The notes under the pieces were generated by a model. It was not told where the DNA came from and did no database searches. It saw only the letters and a program-made list of their open reading frames with translations. Source: an uncultured Methanobacteriaceae archaeon (lineage in GTDB: Archaea; Methanobacteriota; Methanobacteria; Methanobacteriales; Methanobacteriaceae). Taken from it: 64,000 bases of DNA. Position 1 is the first letter of the stretch. Every line of letters starts with the position of its first letter. Positions 24,672 through 36,151 of the stretch are shown here, in pieces. Where the stretch lies: NCBI GenBank assembly GCA_963845285.1, contig CAWJRO010000016.1, positions 53,908-117,907 on the forward strand, written 5' to 3'. The position numbers were made by a program, and so were the translations under genes.

Positions 24672-24723
24672 TTTAAAAATAAAAAAATATTAAAAATAGA
24701 AAAATGTAGGTATTAAAGAATAC

Positions 24724-25626
24724 TTAGAAAAGTTCATGAAGCTGTATGTGGCATTTACCCAAATTTCCACCGTAATTTCCTGCACATATCTGTTTAACGC
24801 CTGGAACTTTAACAGCTGCATTTATTCCTGCTTTCATTGCTTTTTTTATAGCAGCTTCATCCAGACCGTCTATAACTATCTCGAAGATTCCACTTACATC
24901 TGAAGGTATCTCACATGCTGGACACTCATCACGAAGTGTTGGACAGAAGTTTTCATTGGTTGTTGCGTGCATGAATTTGTACTTTGTTGAACCTACTTTC
25001 GAACCGGATGCAACAATTCCACCAGGGAATGGTGTTATAACACCTTCAACTGAACTTATGGCACTTACTGCAACATCAGCAGCTACAAGGGCAGATGTCT
25101 GGTTTTCAGCCATTATAAAGAAGTTTCCGCCGGCCACTCCTTTTTGGAACCCAACTGCTTCTTCTACAATAAATTCTCCAGACATTATAGGGATTGAGTA
25201 AACTGTTCTTCCTGCAATTTCTAATTTTTTCTCGTATCCGTCTCCAAAAAATTTCAATTTTTGACCTAGTTTGCTTTTTTCTGCATCTTCAGCCATTGCA
25301 TCAAAAACTGCGGTTGTTGGAGCTGTTAAAACACACTGACCTATTCTATCCATGATCTGCTTTTCGAGTTCTTTTTTCTGAGGGTGGCATATCATTATGG
25401 TGTAGCCTGGCCTTCCATCTGGTGTTTCAGTTGGTGGGACGTAGCTGTCTATTCCTGCCTCAGATGGACATCCTATAACTGAAGAACCAAAACCTGTGGC
25501 TTCTGTTGCAGCTATTTTTGCAAATTTTTTTGTAGCTGCAGTGATTAGCAACCTTGAAATCTTTATGCTAAATGCTTCTGCAAAGTTATCTTCTATTTTT
25601 ACTCCGTTTATTTCCATGATTATCAC
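24724..25626 (-). CDS. ftr: formylmethanofuran--tetrahydromethanopterin N-formyltransferase
   Basis: [56 protein letters not shown] is the conserved Ftr N-terminus. 300 aa. Marker of a methanogen. Confidence 0.9.
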   Translation of the reverse strand: MIIMEINGVKIEDNFAEAFSIKISRLLITAATKKFAKIAATEATGFGSSVIGCPSEAGIDSYVPPTETPDGRPGYTIMICHPQKKELEKQIMDRIGQCVLTAPTTAVFDAMAEDAEKSKLGQKLKFFGDGYEKKLEIAGRTVYSIPIMSGEFIVEEAVGFQKGVAGGNFFIMAENQTSALVAADVAVSAISSVEGVITPFPGGIVASGSKVGSTKYKFMHATTNENFCPTLRDECPACEIPSDVSGIFEIVIDGLDEAAIKKAMKAGINAAVKVPGVKQICAGNYGGNLGKCHIQLHELF

Positions 25627-25795
25627 CGTCTTGATCGTAGTTTAAGAGGAGTTATAAATTTTTCCATTTAAATTTTAGATGATTAAGTAAATATTATTGC
25701 CTTAATTCCAAAATATAGGTAATTTAAACCCTTTTTTTACATTTAAGATATTTTAATTCTATAAAAGAAACATTTTCAATTTTTTATAGATTCGT

Positions 25796-25902
25796 GAGGC
25801 TGTCTCATAGTTTTAAATTTGCAAAAAAATAATAGTAAACAGAGCTTTAAATTCAAAAATAATGAAAATTATAGAAGTAACAAATAATCATGAGACAGTT
25901 TC
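25796..25902. mobile_element. MITE (type 2) with IS-family TIRs
   Basis: Begins GAGGCTGTCTCATAG and ends TCATGAGACAGTTTC. Internal sequence about 90% identical to the element at 38561-38668. Confidence 0.7.
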
Positions 25903-26080
25903 TTCAGTTTTAAAAAATACTTAAAAATCAAAGAAAAATTAAAAATCAAATATATGATGAAAATAGTCAATAAGAATAATAAGATATATTAGTAAAAGTT
26001 TAAAACCAAAATTAAATCAATTTTAAACCGCGAATTTATTTAAATTAGTGAAGCTTACGACCCATTATTTTTAAGTGCAA

Positions 26081-27103
26081 TTAAAGTTCATCCGAGAATT
26101 TTTCCATGACCCCCGTTCCAAAGTAGGGCAATACAGCCATCCCTATAACGGAAGTCATCCAAAAGGATATTAATCGTTCAACAATGGTTGCAGCAGCACT
26201 TATCGATGGTGGAACACCTGCTATGGAATACAGTAAGATCATTATGCCGTCAACCGCACCCAAACCACCCGGAAGTAACGGGATCATTCCAATGAGGGTT
26301 GCAATTACAAATACGGATGCTATTACCCCCAGTGAGACATGGGTCCCAAATGCTGAAAACACCACATAAACCCTTAAAATTTCAAATAACCAGATTATAA
26401 AAGATAGTGGAAGTCCATACATTAAAACGTTCCTGTCTTTTATCATGATCCTTATGCTGTCTTGAAATCCTCTCATTGCATTTATTGCCTTATTCTCGAT
26501 TTTTGGGTGTTCTTTTCGGGAGAACCTTTTTATTACCCTAACCATCCAAAGGGTTATCTTTTTTCCCGCCCCCTCATTCAAACACATATAAAGTATGACA
26601 AAAAAAGCTATTAAAAGGACAATTAAAGATATTATGAGCGCTAAAACTATCCATTCAGCTAATTTAAAATATAAAACTGTATAAATTATTGCTATTATTG
26701 CCAAAATCACGAACGGAAACGTATCAAGACCCCTATCAGCTATCACGGTCGCAAAGGCATTTTCCATTGGGGAGTTTGAATACTTACCAAGTATGTATGC
26801 CCTTACAGGTTCTCCACCACCTCGAGCACTCGGTGTGAGGTTGTTGATTGCAAGTCCCACCATTAACATTGGCAGAACATGCCGTTTTTTAGCGAAGATC
26901 CCAAGGGCATTGATGGTTATAGACCACCTTTCAGTCCAGAGAAGGTAGCCTCCAATTTGTATAAGAACTGCAAGGGCAACGTACCATGGATTTGCAAGTA
27001 CAATTGCACTTTCTATTTGGCCGGGGCCTATGAACATGACCATTAATGCAAGTATTCCAATTCCTATCAGGAACAGTAGAAGAGTTTTATGTTTCATGTG
27101 CAT
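26081..27103 (-). CDS. UPF0104/flippase-like polytopic membrane protein
   Basis: 340 aa, about 8 TM helices, conserved basic loops. Resembles the lysylphosphatidylglycerol-synthase-TM/UPF0104 family. Confidence 0.6.
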   Translation of the reverse strand: MHMKHKTLLLFLIGIGILALMVMFIGPGQIESAIVLANPWYVALAVLIQIGGYLLWTERWSITINALGIFAKKRHVLPMLMVGLAINNLTPSARGGGEPVRAYILGKYSNSPMENAFATVIADRGLDTFPFVILAIIAIIYTVLYFKLAEWIVLALIISLIVLLIAFFVILYMCLNEGAGKKITLWMVRVIKRFSRKEHPKIENKAINAMRGFQDSIRIMIKDRNVLMYGLPLSFIIWLFEILRVYVVFSAFGTHVSLGVIASVFVIATLIGMIPLLPGGLGAVDGIMILLYSIAGVPPSISAAATIVERLISFWMTSVIGMAVLPYFGTGVMEKFSDEL

Positions 27104-27405
27104 CCTTCAATTTTAAATAAATTTAATAAAAATATTCAATTTATTAATACAAATTAACTTCTATTACCATTAAGTTTCTATTGATTAGCTTTTTAAAGAT
27201 TCCCTAACAATTTAGTACCTAAAAAATATTTGGTTCCAAGAAATTTATTTTAATGAAAATATTATTTTTGTTCTATGAATCTTCTATTAATTCTTATCTG
27301 TGTTCAATTCTCTTAAGTTTTTAGAGATTAAATAATTTAAGTTTATTGAAGTTTTTAAATTCAATTCTTTAAAGTTAACTTTTTTGAATTTTTTAGATGT
27401 TAAAA

Positions 27406-27888
27406 TTAAAGGTGCACCACTTCATAATTCAAGAGAACAGGATCAAATAAAACCACAGTTTCATCGCCTGAAACATAACCACATGTCTCACCAGGGTTTA
27501 TAATCATAGTTTTTCCATTTATTACATCTAATTTATGGGTGTGCCCCCTTACTAAAACGTCGTATTTGCCACTTAGGGCCAGTGCATCAACAATAGATTC
27601 ATTTGTGCCATGGATAATTGCAATACTTTTTTCATTAACTGAAATTTCCTTAAAATCTTCAAGAGGACATATTTCTCTGTAAGCTTTTTTGAGACCATCC
27701 CTCTCACCGTCGTTATTTCCAAAAATAGCAACGAGTCTAGAGTTGAGTTTCTGAAATTCACCAGCTGTAAATGGAGCTATTAAATCTCCAGCATGTATTA
27801 CAAGCTCAACTTTTTCTTTATTGAATATTTTAACTGCCTTTCGGATTGAATCCAAATTATCATGGGTATCTGCCATTATACCTATCAT
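27406..27888 (-). CDS. metallophosphoesterase, MJ0936/YfcE family
   Basis: [11 protein letters not shown]...VIHAGD...GNND...GHTH motifs of the calcineurin-like phosphoesterase family. 160 aa. Confidence 0.85.
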   Translation of the reverse strand: MIGIMADTHDNLDSIRKAVKIFNKEKVELVIHAGDLIAPFTAGEFQKLNSRLVAIFGNNDGERDGLKKAYREICPLEDFKEISVNEKSIAIIHGTNESIVDALALSGKYDVLVRGHTHKLDVINGKTMIINPGETCGYVSGDETVVLFDPVLLNYEVVHL

Positions 27889-27991
27889 AATATTAATATC
27901 TCTATTTTAATGTTAATAATTTTTATTGAACCAGTTTATTGGACCTATTCAATGGATTTTAATAGATTGAGTTAACTTTTTTTAATTTTAA

Positions 27992-28097
27992 GAGGGTGTC
28001 TCATGATTACTTTTGACATGGGTAATTTTGCTTATTTTCGAGTTTAAAACCTTATTTGTCCTTATTTTTTGCAGATTTTGAATTATGAGACAACCTC
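27992..28097. mobile_element. MITE (type 1) with IS-family TIRs
   Basis: GAGGGTGTCTCATGATTAC...AATTATGAGACAACCTC. About 90% identical to the MITE at 1572. Flanked by TTTAA on both sides. Confidence 0.75.
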
Positions 28098-28383
28098 TTT
28101 AAATCTAAATTTAAATAATTTTTATAAATAAAACAATTCAATCATTTGAATCAGTGGATCGGATTTTTCAATTCTTTAAAGTCCAATTCCAGATATATAA
28201 TACGCGAGTTTTGGATTGAAGATGATTAAAACATTCCAAAAAATTAAACACATTTAGTTTAGGGGAATCAACAGTGATAATGAATCAAAGTGAAATCTAC
28301 GGGATCTGTGATCTATAAGTAAAGTATCGAAAAAATAAAAAAATGGTTGGGCTTGTTAATTCCCCCTAATTCACATGAATAAC

Positions 28384-28869
28384 TTAATCTTCCTCAAGGA
28401 AACTAAATATACCTGTTATAACCAACCAGATACCTATTAATATTCCTAGATATATTGGGCTGAAGGCGTAGGTTCCAAGTATTATGTAAATGATACCAAG
28501 GATGATTCCTAAAACTCCACCCCATACTCTATGTTTCTGTTCCATTCCTCCAAGCAGTGAAATTACACCTGCTATAACCATCAGGATACCTGCAAGGTAA
28601 AGTACAATTCCTGATATAAAGCTGATTAAAGCTGGATTGAAAATTAATGCAAATGCAAATATCAGTGCTATAATTCCAAGTATCACGTACAATATTCCAA
28701 CTGTTTTACTTGATTCCATCTCCATTATACCTGCAAGCAGGAACCAAATTGCCAGTATCAGCACTGCAAATCCTGCAAGAACACTGACTGCGACTACACC
28801 AGCAAGTGGGAATGCAATGATTATGAGACCTAATATTATAGCTATAAGACCTGTAACCATATTTTTCAT
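28384..28869 (-). CDS. HdeD/DUF308 family membrane protein
   Basis: 161 aa with six short TM segments and internal repeats. Paralogue of the ORF at 38017-38511. Confidence 0.6.
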   Translation of the reverse strand: MKNMVTGLIAIILGLIIIAFPLAGVVAVSVLAGFAVLILAIWFLLAGIMEMESSKTVGILYVILGIIALIFAFALIFNPALISFISGIVLYLAGILMVIAGVISLLGGMEQKHRVWGGVLGIILGIIYIILGTYAFSPIYLGILIGIWLVITGIFSFLEED

Positions 28870-29108
28870 ACACGATCCCCTCCAATATTTTTTTCCAAAA
28901 GTCCTATTTCAAAGTTTTTAACAAGCCCACTAACACTAATTATTATGTATTATTGATAAAATGTCCATATTAATTTTACTATATTTTTTTTCGAGATTTT
29001 AGAGGTAAATTTTACTACCTTAAAAAATCAGGTGCTATAAAACAGTACAGAGATTGATAAAAAATAGTAGAAAATAGTATAATAAAATAGTAAGAGTAAA
29101 AGTTTCCA

Positions 29109-29954
29109 TTATTCGTATCGCACAGCGTTACCTATCACATTTACCATTATGGTGCTTCCTTTGAGTCCCCCAATATCACTGTAATCAATATGGACTTCAA
29201 TAATGGCATTGGCACCACAGGATTTTGCTTCTTCATCCATTTGTTTCAAAGCCCTTTTAATTGCCTTTTGAAGTTCCCTACCATGATCCAAATTTTTTCT
29301 ATTCAAACTGTCTTTCAGACCGTGGATATTTATTTCATTCTCTTCCATCAATGCTTGACCATTTACAACTCCCAAATATTCAATAATTTTCTTTCCTTGG
29401 ATATTAGGGGTGTTTATCATCATCATACTCCACATATTCGGACTTATTGATTCATCAAAGTCTTTTAATTGTGTTGTTTTTTCTACAACATTATTTTTTC
29501 CCAGTTTGTTAAGTATTTTGGCCATTAAATTGCCAACATATCCTAAAAAATAGGTTATAGCTCCTAAAAACACCACAAATAGTAAATAATTTACTAGTAT
29601 CGGGAATGCTGCTTGGAATGCTAGCGCTAATCCTCCAAGGGTGAATAAGTTGAGGGTTATTGGATTTTCAGGTAGCACCCATCCCCATAAGTTTATGCTG
29701 ATAAAAAGTAAAATCGCACTTATAGCTCCAGTTGACTTGCCATAAGTTCTTTTTGCCATATACGTTTCAATAAATCCTGCTATTAATGGGGATATAATAT
29801 ATGCAATGTTAAATCCAAAAATCTCCAGATGACCGTACACACAAATGACAGCCGATGACAATCCAACAACCGTACCTATAACCACCGAAGCTATACCCCA
29901 ACGCTTGTTAACAATACTATGGGTTATTGAAGATAAAGACGCGTTTCTTTCCAT
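29109..29954 (-). CDS. membrane-anchored YbjQ/UPF0145 domain protein
   Basis: N-terminal 4-5 TM helices. The C-terminal ~100 aa (…YLGVVNGQ…GANAIIEVHIDYSDIGG…GNAVRYE) match the UPF0145 fold. Confidence 0.65.
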   Translation of the reverse strand: MERNASLSSITHSIVNKRWGIASVVIGTVVGLSSAVICVYGHLEIFGFNIAYIISPLIAGFIETYMAKRTYGKSTGAISAILLFISINLWGWVLPENPITLNLFTLGGLALAFQAAFPILVNYLLFVVFLGAITYFLGYVGNLMAKILNKLGKNNVVEKTTQLKDFDESISPNMWSMMMINTPNIQGKKIIEYLGVVNGQALMEENEINIHGLKDSLNRKNLDHGRELQKAIKRALKQMDEEAKSCGANAIIEVHIDYSDIGGLKGSTIMVNVIGNAVRYE

Positions 29955-30086
29955 GATTGACCCTAAATCCTTAATTAAATTTAATTTAAATGCGTTGATT
30001 AACTTGACATCAGCATCAAGAAAACTTTAATTCGGTTATAACTACTTATTTTTATAAGGTATTTTTTAATAGTTTTTAATCAAACC

Positions 30087-30419
30087 TTAAGATTGTTCTT
30101 CATATTTTACAGCAGTTCCTGTCACTGTTACCATAATTGTGTTCCCCATGGTTCCTCCGAGGTTGTTATACTTGATTCGAACCCCTATAACTGCATTAGC
30201 CCCTTTTGAATCTGCTTTTTCATTCATACTTTCCAGAGCTAGATCCCTGGCCTTTTTAATTTCAAGTTCATAGGTAGAAGTTCTACCACCAACAACATCC
30301 CTGACACCTGAAAATAGGTCTTTGTAAACGTTTGCCCCTAAAAGGGATTCTCCTGTCACTAATCCAAAGTACTGAACGATCTTTTTATTTTCGATGTTTG
30401 GTGTAGTTAATACCAGCAT
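30087..30419 (-). CDS. YbjQ/UPF0145 family protein
   Basis: 110 aa. …[10 protein letters not shown]…[20 protein letters not shown]…GTAVKYE, a canonical stand-alone UPF0145 domain. Confidence 0.75.
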   Translation of the reverse strand: MLVLTTPNIENKKIVQYFGLVTGESLLGANVYKDLFSGVRDVVGGRTSTYELEIKKARDLALESMNEKADSKGANAVIGVRIKYNNLGGTMGNTIMVTVTGTAVKYEEQS

Positions 30420-30906
30420 TTCAAGTCCTCCATAACAAACTTAAAACTTTATTATTTTAGAAATTTATTATCTGTTTTTGTTTATTTATATTATGTCATT
30501 AGAATTTTATATACCATATATAAAGATATTAAAAAATATTTTTGGCGTTTGTAGAATATAAAATGAGTCTATAAACGATACAAAGGAATAAATGAAATTA
30601 TTATAAAAAATTAATTATAGAAAAATTATAAAAATACTGGATCTGGTCAAGTTGAAATAAGTTAAAAAAATTAAAAAAGCATTTATTAGGATTGGAATGC
30701 TATAAATATCAATATTATAACTGAATATAATGGATACACAATTATATTAGGACATATAATGAAAATAGGATTTTAATGATTATATTTCCTTTAAAATTCG
30801 ATTTTAACAGCTTTATTTTAAGATTTTTCTTCATTATTGCAAACATTTATATAGTATCGAAACAAACGGTATTTAAGGCCATTTGGCCGAATAAGGAAGT
30901 GATGAA

Positions 30907-31146
30907 TTGTTTGGAAATAATTACGACAGAGATAATAGCTACGGCAATAAAGGAAATTCTGCTCCTATTAATGTAGGAGAAGAATACGAAGTAAAAATTG
31001 AAGATGTTGGAAGAGATGGAGACGGAATTGCTCGAATTGAAGGTTTTGTTATATTTGTAACAGGAGCTAAAGTAGGCGACGAAGTTAAAATCAAAATTAA
31101 CTCTACAAGAAGAAACTTTGCCTTTGCAGAAATTGTAGAAGATTAA
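30907..31146 (+). CDS. TRAM-domain protein (small OB-fold RNA-binding protein)
   Basis: [39 protein letters not shown] is a TRAM domain. 79 aa; the start is uncertain. Confidence 0.7.
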   Translation: MFGNNYDRDNSYGNKGNSAPINVGEEYEVKIEDVGRDGDGIARIEGFVIFVTGAKVGDEVKIKINSTRRNFAFAEIVED

Positions 31147-31600
31147 ATTGAATTTGAATTGCGAAATTTTATTCCTGAAAATTAAATTTTATAATTTAAA
31201 CTTTTCATGAATATTATTTATTTTATTATTTTAAACTTTATTATTTTAAACTGAAATTAACCTTATTCTAAAGAAATTACCTTATTTAAATTACTTTATT
31301 TATCTAAAATTAACTTATTATAATCCCAAATACTCCTTCTTAAGATTAACTTTAATTCTAAACTTATTTTAACCCAACTTACCTGGAAAATTAAAATCAT
31401 TTAATTTAGTTCAGAATTATTAAAATCATTTAATTTAAAATTATTAAAATTCTTTTCATATTTTTAATATTAATTATTACCCATCTTCATGTTCTATTTT
31501 AAAAAAAACTATGGTTTATAATTAGGTTAATAGAAAGTTCACACATATAATAAACTAAAAAATTTAAATAATAACCACATGAACATGATAATATGGAGGT

Positions 31601-32395
31601 TTGAGAATGGACTTAGTGACTCTTTTTATTGTAGGTATTGTGATTTTAATTATTTTAGGACTTTCAATTCGTATAGTGAACCAGTATGAACGAGGGGTTG
31701 TTTTCCGCCTAGGAAAAGTTATTGGACTTAAAGAACCGGGTTTAAGGCTCATTATTCCCCTGGTGGACAGAATGGTGAAAGTTTCCCTGAGGATCGTTAC
31801 CATGCCAATTCCTGCCCAGAGGATCATAACCAAAGACAACGTTTCTGTAGATATTGCTGCAGTGGCTTACTTCAAGGTTGTTGACGCTATGAATTCTGTT
31901 ATAGTGATTGAAAACTACAACAGAGCCGTTAACCAGATATCCCAAACCACGGTGAGAAGTGTTATAGGACAGTTTTCCCTTGACGAGGTCTTATCAGACA
32001 CGCCAAAGATAAACGAAAAGATCAAAGAGATCATAGACTCCCACAGTGAACCATGGGGTATAAAAGTCACTGCTGTTGAAATAAAAGATATAAAACTACC
32101 TGAAACTATGAAAAGGGCAATAGCAAAACAAGCTGAAGCTGAAAGGGAAAAAAGAGCCAAGATCATCACATCAGAGGGTGAATTTGAATCTGCTGCTAAG
32201 CTTGGAGACGCTGCAGATATTATATCTAATCATCCTGTTGCACTTCAACTGCGTAATCTGCAGGTTTTAAGTGAGATATCCGTTGAAAAGAATTCCACAA
32301 TAGTGTTCCCTGCTCAACTTATGACCACCATAAACGAGATCAAAGAATTTATGGCCGAAGAAAGTTTGGATAGAGAAGAAAAAAGGAAGAGATAA
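31601..32395 (+). CDS. SPFH/band-7 (stomatin/prohibitin-like) membrane protein
   Basis: N-terminal TM helix followed by a PHB domain ([11 protein letters not shown]...) and a C-terminal coiled-coil with EAERE. 264 aa. Confidence 0.85.
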   Translation: MRMDLVTLFIVGIVILIILGLSIRIVNQYERGVVFRLGKVIGLKEPGLRLIIPLVDRMVKVSLRIVTMPIPAQRIITKDNVSVDIAAVAYFKVVDAMNSVIVIENYNRAVNQISQTTVRSVIGQFSLDEVLSDTPKINEKIKEIIDSHSEPWGIKVTAVEIKDIKLPETMKRAIAKQAEAEREKRAKIITSEGEFESAAKLGDAADIISNHPVALQLRNLQVLSEISVEKNSTIVFPAQLMTTINEIKEFMAEESLDREEKRKR

Positions 32396-32606
32396 AAAAG
32401 TGATTTGGGAACTTACGCAATATGAAAATCTCAAAGACTTTTATATTTCTTTTATTCCCATTTATTTCTTTTAAATAGTTAGTGCAAGCAGTTTATCTAA
32501 TTAATATGAGATCAGAAGGAAGGATCTGTTTTACACATGTTTATTAAGGAGAATCGGAATAAGACTAACTTTATATTTCATGTCATTAATTAGGTAATAT
32601 GATACT

Positions 32607-34040
32607 ATGATGGGATACTTAAGAAAGAAGGATTTTTTTTTAATATTTAAGAATCTGGGAACAGTAATGGAAGGTATAGGGGTCATTGTGCTCATACCTC
32701 TGATTGTAGCTTTGATCTACAACGAACGCACTTATTTAAGTTTCCTTTTGCCTTCTTTATTTTCACTAATTATTGGATACACCTTAAGAAAATTTTTTCC
32801 AGGTACCGGTAACTTAAGGCTCAAACACGGCATGATAATAGCAGCCTTAGCCTGGCTGTGGGCAGCATTTATTGGAAGCCTTTGCCTCATATACTCGACA
32901 GATATGAGTTTTCTGCATGCATACTTCGAGAGCATGTCTGCATGGACAGGAAGCGGATTCACAATGTACACAAACGTTGAAATACTTCCAAAATCCATAC
33001 TATTTTTAAGAAGCCTCGAACAATGGGTTGGGGGTCTTGGAGTTGTAATTTTAGTTATAGGCATACTTATAAGACCCGGAACTGCTGCTGCAAGGTTGTA
33101 CAAAGCAGAAGCACGTGAAGAAAAGATAAAACCCAGCATAGTAAACACAGTCAAAACAATATGGTGGATATACCTTTTTTACACAGTCCTGGGAATAGTT
33201 TTATATGTGGCTGCAGGTATGTCCATTTTCGACGCCATAAACAACTGCTTCACCAACCTTTCAACTGGTGGTATGTCCATCAAAAATAACAACATTGGAG
33301 CTTACAACAGCAACATCATAACTATGATAACAATCGTACTGATGACCATAGGAGGTACAAGCTTCCTTGTGCATTACAAAGCAATTAAAGGCAAAGCAAT
33401 TGATGTATTTAAAGATATACAATTTCAGGCAATGATCGTGTTGGTTTCAATTTTTTCAATACTTCTTTTTGTAAATGCACATTTCACATCTCTTAACTCT
33501 GTTTTTTACGTTGTATCCGCCATGAGCTGTACCGGTTCAAACACTTTACCTGTCAGTGCAATGGCTGCATGGGGAGACTATGCAAAGGTGATACTTGCTA
33601 TCTGTATGATTATTGGTATGGCAGCAGGTTCCACATCCGGTGCCATAAAACTCATAAGGATTGTAACCCTCTTTAAAGGTATTTACTGGGAGATCATGAA
33701 GATTGTATCCCCTGAAGGCACTGTTATACGAAGAAAAATATCTGGAAAGTCTGTTACAGATGCAGAGATAAAAGAGGCAGGAAGCTATACATTTTTATAC
33801 TTGCTCTTCATATTCATTACGTGGCTCATTTTCATGCAATATGGATACGGTGGAGTGGACTCCCTCTTTGAGATCACATCTGCACAGGGAAATGTAGGGC
33901 TATCTGTAGGAATTACAGGCCCCACAATGCCTTCCATCCCAGAGATATTCCTCATATTCAGCATGTGGATTGGAAGAATCGAGATCATTCCGGCACTGGT
34001 TCTGTTTAAGGTTGGAATAGATCTATTCAAAAGATTTTAA
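32607..34040 (+). CDS. trkH: Trk/Ktr-type K+ uptake transporter membrane subunit
   Basis: 477 aa polytopic protein with four M-P-M repeats and the glycine-containing pore motifs (TGGMS, GNVGLS) typical of TrkH/KtrB. Confidence 0.85.
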   Translation: MMGYLRKKDFFLIFKNLGTVMEGIGVIVLIPLIVALIYNERTYLSFLLPSLFSLIIGYTLRKFFPGTGNLRLKHGMIIAALAWLWAAFIGSLCLIYSTDMSFLHAYFESMSAWTGSGFTMYTNVEILPKSILFLRSLEQWVGGLGVVILVIGILIRPGTAAARLYKAEAREEKIKPSIVNTVKTIWWIYLFYTVLGIVLYVAAGMSIFDAINNCFTNLSTGGMSIKNNNIGAYNSNIITMITIVLMTIGGTSFLVHYKAIKGKAIDVFKDIQFQAMIVLVSIFSILLFVNAHFTSLNSVFYVVSAMSCTGSNTLPVSAMAAWGDYAKVILAICMIIGMAAGSTSGAIKLIRIVTLFKGIYWEIMKIVSPEGTVIRRKISGKSVTDAEIKEAGSYTFLYLLFIFITWLIFMQYGYGGVDSLFEITSAQGNVGLSVGITGPTMPSIPEIFLIFSMWIGRIEIIPALVLFKVGIDLFKRF

Positions 34041-34134
34041 TAGTTCAAAAACAAGGCAATAAAAAGATGTTAAAGTTATTCATTTTTCTTTTAAACTAAA
34101 TAAAAATTCTAGTAATATCAATTAAAAAAAAAAG

Positions 34135-34794
34135 GTGAATATTATGTATGTAGTTATAATGGGCGGCGGAAGGGTAGGACTGCGCCTTGCTTCCTCATTA
34201 GTCACAGCAGGGATCGATGTCACCCTCATTGAAAACGATTCAAGTTTATGTGGTAATGCGGCTGCTGAACTTGATGCACTCGTTATCTGTGGAAACGGAA
34301 CCGATGTAAAAACTCTTGAAGAGGCCAATATAAGCGATGCAGATGTTTTCGTAGCAGCCACAGGAAATGATGAAGTTAATTTACTCTCATGTATCCTTGT
34401 CAAGGATTACAATATCAAAAAAGTTATTGCAAGAGTCAGCAACCCCGACCATGAAGAAGCATTCAAAAAGGTGGGTATAGATGACGTTATAAGCCCAGAA
34501 CTTACAGCTGCAAGTTACCTTGAAAAGCTCATAACCAGACCAAAAATAGCAGACCTGGTAGTTATCGGGAAGGGAAATGCAGAGATCCTGGACATAAGAG
34601 TTACAAATAACAAAGTTGTCAACAAGAAAATAGGAGAGTTAAGCCCAACAGACAATTATATAATAGCTGCGATATACAAAAACGGTGAAATAAATATTCC
34701 AAAAGAAGATATGATGCTGACACTCGGCGATAGAATATTTGTTCTCGTGAAAAATCCTGCAGTGAAGGCAACTGCTAAACTTTTCACCAAATAA
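34135..34794 (+). CDS. trkA: Trk system NAD-binding subunit (RCK N + C domains)
   Basis: [14 protein letters not shown] Rossmann motif plus a TrkA-C domain. 219 aa. Immediately downstream of trkH. Confidence 0.85.
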   Translation: MNIMYVVIMGGGRVGLRLASSLVTAGIDVTLIENDSSLCGNAAAELDALVICGNGTDVKTLEEANISDADVFVAATGNDEVNLLSCILVKDYNIKKVIARVSNPDHEEAFKKVGIDDVISPELTAASYLEKLITRPKIADLVVIGKGNAEILDIRVTNNKVVNKKIGELSPTDNYIIAAIYKNGEINIPKEDMMLTLGDRIFVLVKNPAVKATAKLFTK

Positions 34795-35122
34795 TAGTGA
34801 TACTAAATTTTGAAGTAAAAATAAAAGTTGGTTTAGTTTACTTTTTTGATAACTAACCAGTTTTAACTTCATAAAAGGTTCAATTACAACGATTTATAAC
34901 TTAATTCATTATAATCCTTTCAATGATTAATAAACTTTATTTAATTATTTTTTTTGAAAATTTAAGACTTTTTTTAATATATAACTGTTTTTAACATATA
35001 ACTGTTAACCTGATTAATCTTTAACTTCCAGTTTTAATAAGCCCTTGAGAATATGTGAAAAAAAGATTTGACAACAGTCACTCAATAAAAAGTTTTAATA
35101 AACTGCAAACACGAGAATATAC

Positions 35123-36061
35123 ATGGATTTAATAACCCATTTTATTGTTCCCTATGCAATTTTAACCCTAGTAAAAAGTAGACACAAACTTGAAGGGGCT
35201 TTTGGAGGGATATCTCTCGATTTTGATACTCTTATAGTTTGGATAGGGATACTTTCACCTGAACTTTTTATCTTCAGCCACAGAGGCATAACCCACTCAT
35301 TCATCTTTGGATTTGTAACTTCAGTAATTTTCCTCTACGTTTTATCAAGAAAACAGGTGAATGGATTCATCAGTAGAATTATACATCGAAATATTAAGGT
35401 GGAATTCACCAAAGCCAGCGTCATGGTGGTTTATTTTGGGGCATTAACCCATCTTTTCCTGGATTTTTTAACAACCAAGGGCATTCCACTTTTATATCCC
35501 TTTTCCATCACAAGGTTCAGTGCCGAACTTTACAATTCCGTGGATATACTCACAATGTGCCTTGCCCTGGCAGTGCTTTTAATTTTATACCTTAAAATAA
35601 ACCCTCAGTACAAAAAAGCAGCTTTATACTCATTTGTTATTATATTGATAGCAATCGGAGGTATCAGGGCCTACGAAAAGATGGATGTTCTCAATCAAGC
35701 ACAGACATTTGAGGGTAACTACACCAATATAACTGCATATCCCACATCTAACATATTTCAATGGTATGTTGTGGAAAACAACCCCAAACAAAGTAGTTAC
35801 AAGGTTTTTGAGTATGATACCCTGAAAGGTAGTGTGTACGATTCAAAAACTGTGTCTCCCCTCACAATAACCAACGGATCCTACATATCGGGTTTGGACG
35901 CTGTTAAAACTGCCGATACACTTCCTGAAGTGGCGAGGTTGAAATGGAATTCTTACTACACATTTTTAAATGCTGAGCATTCATCCAACTGGAATATAAC
36001 TTACTTCGATATTTTGCCTTCCTACAACAACAATAACCTGACTGTCAGCGTGCAGGGATAG
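35123..36061 (+). CDS. membrane-bound metal-dependent hydrolase-like protein (YdjM/DUF457-like N-terminus) with extracellular C-terminal domain
   Basis: 312 aa. The N-terminal ~180 aa have multiple TM segments and conserved His residues (HFIVPY, HRGITHS). The C-terminal domain is soluble. Confidence 0.5.
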   Translation: MDLITHFIVPYAILTLVKSRHKLEGAFGGISLDFDTLIVWIGILSPELFIFSHRGITHSFIFGFVTSVIFLYVLSRKQVNGFISRIIHRNIKVEFTKASVMVVYFGALTHLFLDFLTTKGIPLLYPFSITRFSAELYNSVDILTMCLALAVLLILYLKINPQYKKAALYSFVIILIAIGGIRAYEKMDVLNQAQTFEGNYTNITAYPTSNIFQWYVVENNPKQSSYKVFEYDTLKGSVYDSKTVSPLTITNGSYISGLDAVKTADTLPEVARLKWNSYYTFLNAEHSSNWNITYFDILPSYNNNNLTVSVQG

Positions 36062-36151
36062 TTTAGTTTCTATGAGCCTGGTTTCTATTTTTTTGATACT
36101 TCTTTCCAATTTTAGAAAAAAGGAATTATTTCACTGTTTTATCTAGAAAAA

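Noticed and set aside
30420-31600. Long AT-rich intergenic regions with short repeated words (for example TTAAAATCATTTAATTTA twice at about 31392 and about 31422)
   Set aside because: Probably promoter or low-complexity AT sequence. Too short and too AT-biased to call a specific regulatory element or sRNA without expression data.
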